From: Octopus sinensis
Taxonomy: Eukaryota
Assembly (NCBI RefSeq): GCF_006345805.1
Contig: NC_043001.1
Coordinates: forward strand, 76,756,001 to 76,820,000
Reading direction: 5' to 3'
Length of the DNA stretch: 64,000 bases
Below are positions 51,616 through 64,000 of this stretch, piece after piece; the first letter of the stretch is position 1; each line of letters opens with the position of its first letter. The position numbers and the translations under genes are program-made. A model generated the notes under the pieces. The model had not been told where the DNA came from. It saw nothing but the letters and a program-made list of their open reading frames with translations, and made no database searches.

Positions 51616-51686
51616 TACACACACACATACATACATACTACATACATACATACATACATACATACATACATACATACATACATACA

Positions 51687-51719
<33 letters not shown>

Positions 51720-51803
51720 GTGTGTGTGTGTAATACACATATATGTGTGTAATACACATATATGTGTGTGTGTAATATATATATATATATATATATAAGC
51801 AGA

Positions 51804-52276
51804 CGAAAAACTGTATGCAAGCAATAATAAATCTCTGAACGAGATGTAAACAGTAACTGCACGACAATGTAAGGTATACTAGCCATCTCAATATAGCTAA
51901 CCACTAAGGGTACCTTACATTGTCGTGCAGTTACTGTTTACATCTCGTTCAGAGATTTATTATTGCTTGCATACAGTTTTTCGAGATCAGTGACGAAAAG
52001 TTACTGGAAAAACGATATATAAGGATTTGCATTGGGACTCCCTTCATCGAAAACCGGTGATTGCCGTACGCTGAAGACAGGCTAATACCTAGAAACTGCA
52101 GTCCGTGTGTATCACTTAGGTTGACGAGGGAGGGATGACCTCCCTTTGCAAATACCATAAGGGCACAGAAAGTGTGCATAAAGCCAGCTGGAGACGATGT
52201 TCTCCTGGGGCTACAAGCTACAGTAACACCCACCCTTAGTGGTTAGCCATATTGAGATGGCTAGTATACCTTACAT
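51804..52276 (+). mobile_element. Retrozyme-like element: 356-bp monomer plus 107-bp inverted partial copy
   Basis: TACCTTACAT occurs at 51911 and 52267 (period 356). 51804-51910 is the reverse complement of the unit's last 34 nt joined to its first 73 nt. Contains a canonical HHR and no ORF of note. Confidence 0.8.
52056..52116 (+). ncRNA. Type I hammerhead ribozyme (canonical core)
   Basis: Stem I UACG/CGUG with distal GGUGAU/AUCACU; CUGAAGA at 52071-52077; C-A mismatch then stem II AGG-CUAAUA-CCU; GAAA at 52092-52095; palindromic stem III ACUGCAGU; GUC cleavage site after 52103. Confidence 0.8.
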
Positions 52277-53058
52277 ATAAATCAACAATTAGACATAAAC
52301 ACAGTCGTGTTTTAATACGTGTGCGCGCGTGTAAAAGTTCCAGCCTACTGGATGTCAGTATTCAATGACACTCCCCTCCCGCCACCAAACTAACCTATCC
52401 CGTTGTTATCCGTGAATTTATATATTAAAGGTTTCAAATTTTGACACAAGGCCAGCTGTTTTAGGAGGAGGGAAGTCGATTATATCAACGTCAGTACTTG
52501 GTTTGTCGACCCCGAAATGATGGAAGGCAAAACTGGCCGCGGCGGCATTTGAACTCAGAACTCAACGTAAAGAGTCGGAAGAAATGCCATTTAGCATTTT
52601 GTCCGACACGCCAACAATTCTTCCAGCTCACCGTTATGAAATAACCAAAATTTCACATTCACTCACACATTTATAAATACAAATCTCTTATAGGGATATT
52701 TATCCAAGCGACACTGGTTTAATATATTAAATTTTGAAGAGAAAATCCTTCAATGAATACATTATATAGAATATCGTAAGATATCAAACGTTTTTATTGA
52801 GTTAGAAAACAGAGAGACCTAATGGATACACATTAATTTATCGATTAACATATTAACCAACAATTGTTTCATTTGCTAGTTGTTGATTAATTAATAAATT
52901 AGTTTGTATCCATTTGATCTCTCAATTTTCTAACTGTCTCTCTCTCTCTCTCTCTCTCTCTCTGTACATATATATATATATACATGTGATCTCTTGAGCA
53001 CCACCAGCAAAAATATTTTTTTCCTCTGTCTTCCCTTCTCGGGATCTTTCCTTCTCCT

Positions 53059-53125
53059 TGTTTCCGACGAAGAGCTCCGCTCAAAACGTTAAACCCTCCT
53101 TCCCTTCTTTCCTGAGCGTCAAATA
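53059..53125 (+). ncRNA. Inactivated minimal hammerhead copy (dispersed family)
   Basis: Near-copy of 14089-14158 reading CCGACGA-A-GAGC-UCC-GCUC-AAAAC, with the catalytic G12 changed to A. Confidence 0.5.
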
Positions 53126-53188
53126 ATACTTTAATTGTTCCACGTCCTCGCGTTGCAGTGTTTTTTTTCTGTGTTTTCTTGTTTGGAT

Positions 53189-53219
<31 letters not shown>

Positions 53220-53224
53220 TCTTC

Positions 53225-53600
53225 TATTACATATTTCAGTCGTTTGACAGCGGTTATGCTGGAGCACCGCCTTAAAGGGTTTTAGTCGAAATGACCCCAG
53301 AACTTATTCTTTGTAAGCCTAATTCTTATTCTATCGGTCTCTTTTATCGAACCGCTAGTTACGGGGACGTACACACACCAACATCGGTTGTCAAGTGGTG
53401 GTGGGAAGACAAACAAAGACACACACACATTTATACACACGACGGGTTTCTTTCAATTTCCGTCTACCAAATCCACTCTCAAGACTTTGGTCGGTCCGAG
53501 GCTATAGTAGAAGAAACTTGCCCATGGTGCTACTCTGTGGGACTGAACCAGGAACCATGTCGTTGGGAAGCAAGCTTTTTAGCACACATCCATGCCTGCG
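53225..53600 (-). mobile_element. SINE family B
   Basis: Reverse complement of the consensus seen at 2063. Confidence 0.8.
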
Positions 53601-53602
53601 CC

Positions 53603-53641
<39 letters not shown>

Positions 53642-54589
53642 CATACATACATCATACATACATACATCATACATACATACACATACATACATACATCATA
53701 CATACATACATACACACACACATACACACATACACACATACACACACACACACACACACATACATACATACACACATACATACATACATACATACATACA
53801 TACATACATACAATATGAAGTTAGATTCAGTCCCAGATGATTTAAAGTTTTGCGGTCGGGTAAGGACGGTCCCATCTCATCAGATATCGGAAGATCTCAG
53901 CAAATATTTTCCCGATATATGATGAGATAGCTCCGCCTCACGCGCCAACGAAACTTTAAGTCATGTGGAGCTGAATCAAACAATATAACTCTTCCCATAT
54001 GTATGAAGTGCCACTTTCTTTCGTTTGTCCACTCACTCGTGTGAGTGAGTGTATATGTGTATATTCGCATACAAATTTATATACATGACATAAATTTACA
54101 TGTATGTTTTTTTTTGTGTGCTTGTATATGTATATATGAGTGCATATAAGTGTATGTATGTCTATCTTTGTGTCAGAATTTGATCAAAAGTATTCTATCC
54201 GCGATTATCCCAGTCGTTTGTTGATATAGTGTTTTTTCCCCCCATTCAAATATAATATATTCTGAACTGTTTTATGTGGCCATTCTTTATTTCAAGACAG
54301 AATGGTGTGATTTGAATGAGGTTTGGCTGTTATTTCTTACGGGTCGAGATTGGGCTCTCTCGTCAGTTAAAGTTTTATTGATGTCTGCGAACATCGGGAC
54401 GTGAGACGAAAACAAATGTCTTTATTAGTTTTAAATTAAAATTTACATTTTCATCGATAATGAAAGTAGACAAGACAATAATTTATGTCTGCTATATACC
54501 TAAAAGTTTATTGTTTATTCGTTTCAGAATTTTATTCACTGTCTGAAATTATCAAACCATCAGGAAATTAAATTAAGATATTATTATTT

Positions 54590-54962
54590 TATCTTTTACT
54601 AGTTTCAGTCAATGGACTACGGCCATACTAGGGTATCGCCTTGAAAGGTTTAGTCGGACAAATCACCCCCAGTGCTTATTTCGTTTTAAAGCCTGATGCT
54701 TATTCTATCGGTCTCTTTTGCCGCACAGCTTAGTTACGGAGGCGTAAACAAACCGACACCGGTTGTCAAGCAGTGGTAGGGACAAAGACAGACTCAAAGA
54801 CGTGCGCACACGCGACGGGTTTCTTTTAGTTTCCGTATACTAAATCCACTAACGATGCTTTGGTCGTAGAAGAAAGACACTCGTACAAGGTGCCACGCAG
54901 TGGGATTGAACACGGAACCATGTTGTTGGGAAGCAAACTTCTTACCCACGCAACCATTCCTG
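54590..54962 (-). mobile_element. SINE family B
   Basis: Tail, body and head recognisable on the minus strand. Confidence 0.75.
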
Positions 54963-55106
54963 CGTCTGCAAGTGTGTGTGTTTTATACAGTGGATCTTGA
55001 AGTACATATAAAGCTGTAAATGATAGCATGTAAATATTGAGTTGAAAACCCTTTTGGAAAGAAGAAATTGAAGGTTGCGGTATATATATATATATGTTTA
55101 TATATA

Positions 55107-56282
55107 CAGGGGTTAGACAAAAATTTCAAACAAATTTATTTTAATATGGGGTAGGACCGCTTTTGGCAATAATTACAGCTTGAATTCTACAAGGTATGGA
55201 CTCGTACAAATTTTGAATTGTTTCCAATGGAATTTTTGTCCATTCTTCAGCTAAAACAGTCTCCAGTTCTTGTAGTGATGATGGTGGAGGATATAGACTT
55301 CCTACTTGTTTTTCTAAAATGCACCATAAATGTTCAATAATATTGAGATCTGGGGACTGTGGTGGCCAGATAAGATGTTCAACTTCATTAGAATGTTCCT
55401 CGTGTCATTCAGTAGCATTTCCCCCTGGAAACAGTTCCACAATCATAGGATGAATTTGATCAGATAAAATGCTTAAATAGTCTCGACTATTAATTCTGCC
55501 ATGAAGGGAAACCATTGGGCCAGCGGAGTTCCAAGATATAGCCCCCCCCCCGATCATCACAGATCCTCCTCCATATTTAACAGTTGGAAGAAGGCAGTCT
55601 GAGTCAGATGCTTCTTTTGGCTGTCTCCACACGTATACTCGGCCGGTGGTAAGAAATAGGTAAAGGATGACTCGTCCGAGAAAATAACATTCTTCCTCTG
55701 CTCTATGGACCAATTCTTTGCAACGTTTGTTTTGAAAGTAGCTGTTTTCTGATTGCAGCCCTCCCTTGAAATCCAGCTTTGTGCAACTCCCGGCGAACAG
55801 TTTTTTGTGGAAACTGAGTGCTCGAGGTGGTCATTAAGCTCTGCAGTAATTTTAGGAGCTCTACTTTTGTGATCCTTTCTAACAATTCGCGTAAGAGTCA
55901 GACGGTCCCTATCTTAAAGTTTTGGTTTTCCTCTGGAGTTTTGTTTCGACGAGGTTTTTTTCCCCTCTTTCTCAAAATCTGTCATTACTTTCGAGAAAGT
56001 ACTTCTTGATAAACCAAACATTTCAGCTGTTTTCGTTACGCTAGCGCCTGCCATATGAGCACAAACAATTTGACCTCTTGGAAAGTCCGATAGATTTGTC
56101 GTTTTAATGAATTTTAATTACCTTTTCTGATGATATCTGAAAAGCAACAGCAAATTTAGCAAAACATATTAAGCAACACTAAAAATAAATCAAAAAGCAT
56201 AAAAATAAACAGGCTTTTGACGGTTTTATAGATATTTCAAAATTATGATGCTAGGTGTTTCCATTATTTTGTCCAACCCCTG
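55107..56282 (-). mobile_element. Tc1-family transposon, near full length, transposase decayed
   Basis: TA|CAGGGGTTAGACAAAA...TTTTGTCCAACCCCTG|TA. Minus-strand fragments: LSDF..RGQIV, LPTVKYGGGSVMI, WPPQSPDLNIIEHLW, and AKSGPTPY* (stop at 55141-55143). Confidence 0.93.
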
Positions 56283-56498
56283 TATATACTTTTAATATTC
56301 TACTTGTTTCAGGCATTTGACTGCGGCCATGCTGGAGCACCGTCTTGAGTTTTAGTCGAGCAAATCGACCCCAGGACTTATTTATTAAGCCTAGTACTTA
56401 TCCTATCGGTCTTTTGCCGAACCGCTGAGTTACAGGAACGTAAACACACCAGCACCGGTTGTCAAGCAGTGATGGACACACACACATACACCCCACCC

Positions 56499-56531
<33 letters not shown>

Positions 56532-57119
56532 ATAGGTTTCTTTGAGTTTCCGTCCACCAAATCCACTCACAAACCTTTGGTCACAAAGGTTTGCCCAAGG
56601 CGTCACGCTGTGGGACTGATCCCGGAACCATGTGGTTGGGAAGCAAGCTTCTTAGTATACAATCACACCTGCGCCTATATATGTGCGTTTGTGTGTGTCG
56701 TGTCCCTCATGACTATTCGACAACTGGGGTTGGTTTGTTTACGTCCCCGTTTCCAAGCTGTCTGGCAAAAGCGACTGATTCAGTAAGTAGTAGGTTTTTT
56801 AAAAAAAATGCATTAGTGTCTTTGTTCGGCTAAAACCTTCAAGGCAGCGCCCCTGCTTGGCTGCAGTCCAATGACTGAAACAAGTAAAAGTTAAATGTAA
56901 GTTTTTGTTTCAGTGACCACTGTAAAGACAAGCCCACGCGCCAATTGTGTGCTCGACTTATTACAAATTGCACTCAAACCTCTGTTAATTAGCACCCTAC
57001 CTTTTAGAAAAGGAAGTAGACTTTAGCATGGGTTTGAATCATTAATCATTTTGTTGATAATTCACCATATAAAATAGGTTGCGCGTGGAAGCGAGAATGA
57101 ACGCACTAATGTTTATCTG

Positions 57120-57652
57120 TTAACTTGTTTCAGTCATTAGACTGCGGCCATGCTGGAGCATCGCCTTGAAGGGTTTAGTCGAACAAATCGCACACTCAGT
57201 AGTTATTGTAATTTTTAAAAAAATTCTGGTACTTATTCTATCGGTTTCTTTAACCGAACCGCCAAGTTATGAGGACGTGAACCAACGAACACCGGTTGTC
57301 GAGCGGTGTTGGGGACAAACACAAAGACGCTCGCACACACGTGCGTGTGTAAGTATGTGTATGTTGGTATGTGTGTGTACATACATATGTATTTACGTAC
57401 ACACATATGTACGTATGTGTGTATGTATTTGTGTAAGTATGTATATATATGTATATATTTGTGTGCATGTTTGTATGTATGTGTGTACTAGACGAGTTTC
57501 TTTCCGTTTCTCTCTGCCAAATCTACTCACAAGGCTTTGGTCGGCCCGGACCTATTGTAGAAATCACTTTCCCAAGGTTCCACGCAGTGGGACTAAATCC
57601 GGAACCACCCGGTCGGAGAACAAACTTCTTGCTATACAATCATGCATTCGCC
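57120..57652 (-). mobile_element. SINE family B with expanded microsatellite
   Basis: Tail, body, (TG/TA)n and head recognisable. Confidence 0.75.
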
Positions 57653-59360
57653 TTTAGATGTTTGTATATTTTTATCAACCCGTATCGTTTATATTTACGT
57701 GTGTAGAAATATCTGATTTAATGGAACAACGAACGTAGTAGCTTGTAATCTTCTGAAATACATACTAAATAATATTATTATGAAAGTAGTTCATAGTTAT
57801 TGAGGACAAAATAAGTAGAAAGACTTAAAACTACTGCATATAAGCAACATGTTCTTGAGTTAATTCTACAATTCAAGGTCAGTGTCTTTTCTCGAATACT
57901 GCATATACGTAAGAAAAAGTGAAAGAAGGCGAGTGACTAACCCACCGATCGACATATCTCCAAGAGGAGCTCTGGGGTTGAATTAAATTTTTATAACAAT
58001 AAGTAAGTTTCTAGAACCTTCGATCAAGCTGTATCGCGGGAAGACTCGCGCCCTTCCTTCTGAAGTTCGCCGCATCTACCAAAACAAGGTAGCCAGTGCT
58101 GATCGGTCAAGCCATATTCGCGTAGGCGTTATTACATTTCGTGGTCACACGTTGCCTTTTATAACAAAAGGGGTCGTGATCTTGAGCTGGAGAAAATCTG
58201 AGAACGATGATTCAGAACTCAGCAGGGACCTCGCTACAACACGTTGGATAATGTATTCTTAGATTTCCTTGTCAAGATAAGACTTCAGCTGTGTAGATAT
58301 ATTTTATGGTCACTCCTGTAATGATGTTAATTATCCGCCAAAATAATATCAGTAACTGACGAAACTCATTCAGCAGCGGTGGTGAGAATTCTAGTTGCAT
58401 ATTTCTACCTCGTTGGGCTTTGTCTCTCGCATTTACCCACGTCAGTTACCCAAGACAAAATCTGTTATTACTGATATAGGAAAACAGTGATTGAAAAATC
58501 ACTGATGTTGCGAAACACAGTTCGTCTTTGCGATGTTTCTGCTTTAAGTACGATACGCATCTTATTCATCTTTTAATTCCATTCCAGGCCCTCGCGTATT
58601 TAAATTAGTATTAACATAATTAATACAGTAAGCAAAAGCATTTAAAAATGGCCGAGGAAAAGACTGTATGAACTACAACGTCTATTGTAGTTTGGTCTCA
58701 AAAATAAATTGAAAGTACGAAACAGAAAAAAGGGAAATCTACTTTTATCTGGAGGAAGGTCTGCAGGAATATTAAGAAAACATTGCATGTGAAAAATATA
58801 AACCATCTCATTTGACCAATTACTCTTAATAATATGTACAAAAAACATCGATTTGTAATTAAGCATACAAGTATTGAAAGCACTAGAGATGAACGTGCTG
58901 ATAACCGTTAAGTAGGTTGTGGTGATATTTACACAGGAGACGTCTGCCGTGGTAATAGCTATTTTATTTGTTTTATTTCTCAAAACGCTAGTGATGTGTT
59001 TTTGGAAATATATTTGCTCATTATGGCTGACAAAAATATAAAAACTAAATATTTGTTTTATAAAAAAAAAAAATGTTTCCCTTATATTTTTGTTGATTTC
59101 TATAATAATAATAATAATAATAATAATAATGCCGTGCGTAAACGATTGAGTATGCTCTAGAGGAACTGTTTAGATTTTGCTGAATAATGTGTGCACTGAA
59201 TCTGTATGATATGTAATATGACAAGAAGTAAATGATATGCATTGCATAACTAATAATACTGCACACTAGTTTACATGCTCAGTATTTAGTCCCGTATCCG
59301 TGGGTGAGATACTGTGTCAGTGTGTGATATCTATCTCTCCCTTAATATCTATCTATCTAT

Positions 59361-59391
<31 letters not shown>

Positions 59392-59728
59392 ATGCGCAGG
59401 TGTGGCTGTATGGTCAATTTGCTTCCGAACCACATGGCTCCAAGTTCAGTCCGACTGCGTGGCACTTTGGGCAACTATCTTCTGCTAAAGCCTCGTGCTG
59501 ACCAAAGCCCTGCGAGTGAAAGAATCTCGTATATATCTGTCTATGTATATATAAAATTCTTTGCCTCTGTCTGTTCCCTATGCATTCTCAAACGGCTCCA
59601 ACAAATCAAATTTTACAATGTAATAGTATTACGCCCTACAAGTGTCAACGTGTAATTTTTTTCATTTAGATTAAAGCAATATAACATTTTCTCGAAAACA
59701 ATCTTTCTATTGTCAACTATAGTAAACT

Positions 59729-60025
59729 ACATTTTATACCACGACTACGTCACATTTTGTATGTGTGTGTGTTTGCGCGTTCATTACGTACGACATAGTA
59801 AAGGACATTTTATACCACCACCACACATTTTGTGTATTAGTGTGTATATCTGTTAGTGTGTATATTTTTCCGTGTTCGTTACGTACGACATAATAAAGGA
59901 ATTTTATACCACGACGACGTCACATTTTGTCTATGAGTCTATATGTGTCTGTGGGTGTGAGTGTTTGCACGTTCGTTATGTACGACATAGTAAAGGACAT
60001 TTTATATCACGGCGACACATTTTGT
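59729..60025. repeat. Array of a ~58-bp conserved core separated by variable GT-rich spacers
   Basis: GTTCGTTACGTACGACATAGTAAAGGACATTTTATACCACGACGACGTCACATTTTGT-like core: three near-complete copies plus one right half. Confidence 0.8.
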
Positions 60026-61136
60026 ATCTGATTCCCCTCAGATCTTCTGTTGAGTTTATATGCTATAAATCTTCCCATTATGATATTCACTTTACAGATA
60101 ATGATAGTCTTCTGTTTAAAGCAGTGGTTCTCAACCGGGGTTGACATGACCTTTGGAGGCCCATATAAGATTTTGATGTTAAAATCTGTGGTCGACAACC
60201 ACTGTTGGTCATTGCCAGCAAACCTGCAGAACAGGGCAGATTTCAAAAGAAGATTCTGAAAACAGTCATTCAGTGATGTAATTTGAGGCAACCATAAATT
60301 TTGAACCCTTTCACTGTGGAAATCAGATGTATCCGCTCAAAATTTCATTACCCTTGACTGCTAAAGGCAGTTTTATATACCAATCTAGCTTTTGTCAACG
60401 AATTTCATGTTTGAAACAAAATTTTGTTGAAGAACGTCTTGTTTGAAACTATTTGTTGTTGAGATAAGTCAATTTTCTTGAGGCAACGTGACTTGCAAGG
60501 AAAAAAAATACCAATTCTATTTCTAGATATTTAACATCATTACTGGAATAACCATGAAATTTAATTTCGCAGTTAAGGGGTCGAGACTTTCAATTTTGCC
60601 TTATCTTTTCTTTTTCTCGGATAATGATTTCATTTGTAGTCTACTATACTAAAAAGAACTGTTGATTATCAGCAGATCGATCAGAGATCAATCTTACTTT
60701 GAGCAGAATTTTGTTGTTCCAGTCCATTGATGAGACCTTTCTTCGATTTTCCTGTAATTACCTTTTGAAAATATCATTATCATTTCATCATTATTTTCAC
60801 GGCCACTTTTCCATGCTTGCATGGATTCGACGGAAAGCATTGAGGCAGATTTTCTACGATCGGATGCCCGTCCTATCATCAACACTCACCTTTTTTTTAT
60901 ATATATATAAATAAGGTAATATTTCCCCATGGCTAGACATGCTTTTCACTGAAGATTGGAAATGAACACCACTTGTATGACACTGATGTTCGTTTATAAC
61001 TAAGGGGAGAGTAAAACACACACACACTCATGTATATACCTACGACGGGTTTCTTTCAGTTTCTGTCCATCAAATTCATTCACAAAGCTGCTGTTTGTTT
61101 GACCTTGGATGGGAGCTGTTGTAGAAGACACTTGAC

Positions 61137-61177
<41 letters not shown>

Positions 61178-61179
<2 letters not shown>

Positions 61180-61345
61180 GCGACGAGCTGGAAGAATCGT
61201 TAGCATGCCGGGCAAAATGCTTAGCGATATTTCGCCCGTCACTACGTTCTGTGTTCAAATTCCGCCGAAGTCGATTTTACCTTTCATCCTTTCGGGTCGA
61301 TAAATTAAGTACCAGTGAAACACTGGGGTCGATGTAATCGTCTAC
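61178..61345 (+). mobile_element. SINE family A
   Basis: GCGACGAGCTGGAAGAATCGTTAGCATGCCGGGC...CCTTTCATCCTTTCGGGTCGATAAATTAAGTACCAG. Confidence 0.8.
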
Positions 61346-61651
61346 CCCCCCCCCAATATCGTTTCAGTGTTTGTGGCTAATTGAGTAGATTTTGACTCTT
61401 GTTTCTCGCAAAACTGGTGCTATCTAGTACCCTTATTTATATATTCACTTATATTCTTTTATTTATTTCGGTCATTTGACTGCGGCCATGGTGGGGCACC
61501 GCTTGTAGTTGAACAAATCGACCCCAGGACTTATTCTTTGTAAGACTAGTATTTATTCTATCGGTCTTTTTGCCGAACAGCTACGTTACGGGGACGTGAA
61601 CACATCAACATCGGTTGTCAAAAGACGGTGGACACACATACTTACATACAT

Positions 61652-61711
<60 letters not shown>

Positions 61712-62362
61712 CTTGCTTACCAGCCACATGATTCTAGGTTCAGTCCCACTGCGTGACACCCTGGGCAAGTGTCTTCTGCTATAGCCTCAGGCAGACCAAA
61801 CCCTTGTGAGTGGATTTGGAAGACGGAAACCGAAAGAAGACCGTCGTGTGTGTGTGTGTATATATATATATGTAGAAGACACTTGCCCAAGGTGTCACGC
61901 AGTGGGACTGAACCGAGAACCATGTGGTTGGTAAGCAAGCTGTTTACCACACAGCCACTCCTGCGCCTGTATATAAAAAGCCTTTACGTTTTTTGATTTC
62001 CAATGTGCATTTTCGCTTATTTTTCTTCTTACTTTCCCCTTACATTTCAACGTGTAGTTTCTATTTTCTTTTTGTAACATATTTCTATTATATATATATA
62101 TATATACATACACACGTATGTGTGTGTGTGTACTGAATGACAACTATAATCTTATTAGTCATTTCCTCAAAAGTAAAGTATACAAGTACGTCTTTTATGA
62201 CGGAATTGATCAATGCTGTGTGTGTGTGTATCAAAATCCAGAAATTTCGAGAACGTGTGCTAATTCTTTTCAGGAGCAATGAATCTCGAAGCAATTAAAG
62301 CTATAAGTAAATATTAGTTTAAAATCTCCTGTACAGATGACAGATTTCCAATCTACCATTGA

Positions 62363-62409
<47 letters not shown>

Positions 62410-62542
62410 GAGAGACAGATGGGGGCGGATAGCTGGAGATATACAGATGATGTTGATAGACATATATTTGTAGATGTAATAGAATGTAACTACACGTGTG
62501 CCGTTGGCGATTTCTTTTTCTTCTTTGGACTTTTCCCTTTCT

Positions 62543-62603
62543 TTTTCCCGACGAAGAGCTATGCTCGAAACTTAAAACTGTCTCTTTTCACCGAGCGTCA
62601 AGC
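62543..62603 (+). ncRNA. Putative minimal hammerhead (dispersed family), weakened stem III
   Basis: CCGACGA-A-GAGC-UAU-GCUC-GAAA-CU...GAGCGUC|AAG. Confidence 0.45.
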
Positions 62604-62880
62604 TAATATAATTCTTGTGCGCGTCCTCACCTTCGGTTTTATTTTTTCGTTTTTTTTTTTAAATTCGTTTATTTGAATTGACTATATATATATATATTTC
62701 GGTGAGAATGTCTTTTTTTTTTCTTTTTACGGTGCCGAGTTTACAATCGTGTAAATAATAATAATAGTATTTTTATATAAGCTTAAAGCTTATGCCGATC
62801 ACCGTGCAATGACTAAGGGAAATAGTCTAATAAAGCCCTGTCGAGGGCTTATATGCCCCTCTATTAATATATAAATACAA

Positions 62881-62915
<35 letters not shown>

Positions 62916-64000
62916 AAATATGTGTGTGTAGAGAGAGTGAGAGATGTAGAAATTTGTATGTATGTATGCATGTATGCACATACACGTGTGTGTCAATGTG
63001 GGACGAGGTGTGGTAGGTGTTGGTGAAAGGTGAGAGAGAGAGCAAGAAAGATAGCGTGTTACAAGTATTTATTTAGTCTACTTATAGTTGTGTGTGGTGT
63101 ACTTAGGCGTTCATGCAAAAACTAGGTCAGTTACAATAGAGACACCGATTTTATGAGTGGAGATGTACCGTTGAGTATTAACTAACAGTTAGTTATTACA
63201 AGGAACTATTTGCAAATCATGTGAGTATCATGTACAAGTGTACAGCTTGCTATGTGGATATTATATACGTGTGTGTGTATTATATTTTGTTTTAATCATT
63301 GGATTGCGGCCGTGTTTGAGCATCGCCTTGAATTGTATCAGCCGAACGAATCAACCCTAGTACTTGTATCAATACTCGTACTCGGTACCCATTCTATCGG
63401 TTCCCTTTTGCCGAACTTCTAAATTACGAGGCCGTAATCAAGCTAACACCGGTTGTCAAACGTCACTAGGGGACAACCACACGTGTGTGTGTGTCCGTGT
63501 GCTATCCAAGAAAACACAAAGATGAGGTGAAAGCCTCCCACCCCCAAGTGTATTAGGTTTACGCTCAGAACAAATGCAAAAAACATGTTGAAAAACAGTT
63601 CAATACTCTGCACAAATTCCGATACAAATTTTTCATGGTTCAAAATTTGCTTACTTTTTACTCAACCTAATATATACATGATGCGTTTCTTTCAGTTTCC
63701 TTCCAACCAAATCCACTCATAAGGCATTGGTCGGCCCAGGGCAATACTAGAAGATACCCATGGTGCCACGCAGTGGGATTGAACCCAAGACCATGTGGTT
63801 GGGAAGAGCAGAAATTAGAAAGTAATTTAAGGGCCGAGTGTGTCATGCGTTGGTATTTATCAAACTTGATATGAGCCAATGCTCAAAACTCTTAACTTTT
63901 GAGTCTTGTACCGATTAAATCTATAGGCGCAGGCATGGCTGAGTAGGTAAGAAGCTCGTTTTGAAGCCACATGGTTCCGGGTTCAGTGTCATCTTGGACA

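Noticed and set aside
54335-54370. CUGACGA-GAGA/UCUC hairpin on the minus strand
   Set aside because: Followed by GACC, not GAAA; no stems I or III.
59729-60025. CRISPR array
   Set aside because: Eukaryotic context, no cas genes, repeat longer than usual and not palindromic, and spacers are low-complexity GT-rich sequence.

Overview
Repeat-rich, AT-rich eukaryotic (animal) DNA with a 100-N gap at 15308-15407. The tRNA-derived SINE families and dense TA/CA/AAT microsatellites resemble octopus; this is inferred from recalled repeat families, not from a search. No intact protein-coding gene is recognisable and almost all listed ORFs are microsatellite or antisense artefacts. Supported content: many SINEs of at least three families; a 2.75-kb non-autonomous LTR element with a tRNA-Trp PBS and 4-bp TSD; decayed Tc1, mariner and Merlin transposases; pogo-, piggyBac- and 8-bp-TSD MITEs; a non-autonomous Helitron; CRE-, CR1-, RTE- and Tx1/L1-like LINE fragments; and one divergent tRNA-Asp copy. 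The main result is a set of non-coding repeats carrying type I hammerhead ribozyme (HHR) motifs: a 356-bp monomer with a canonical HHR (51911-52276), a ~540-bp tandem array with a variant HHR in each unit (20911-24784), and five dispersed minimal HHR copies. The monomer and the array share one geometry, a sense block plus an inverted block with 3' ends facing outward in or beside TA microsatellites; a decayed repeat at 9035-9480 shows it too. This fits retrozyme/Penelope-like retrotransposition from circular or multimeric RNA. All RNA structures were paired by eye and none has been tested.
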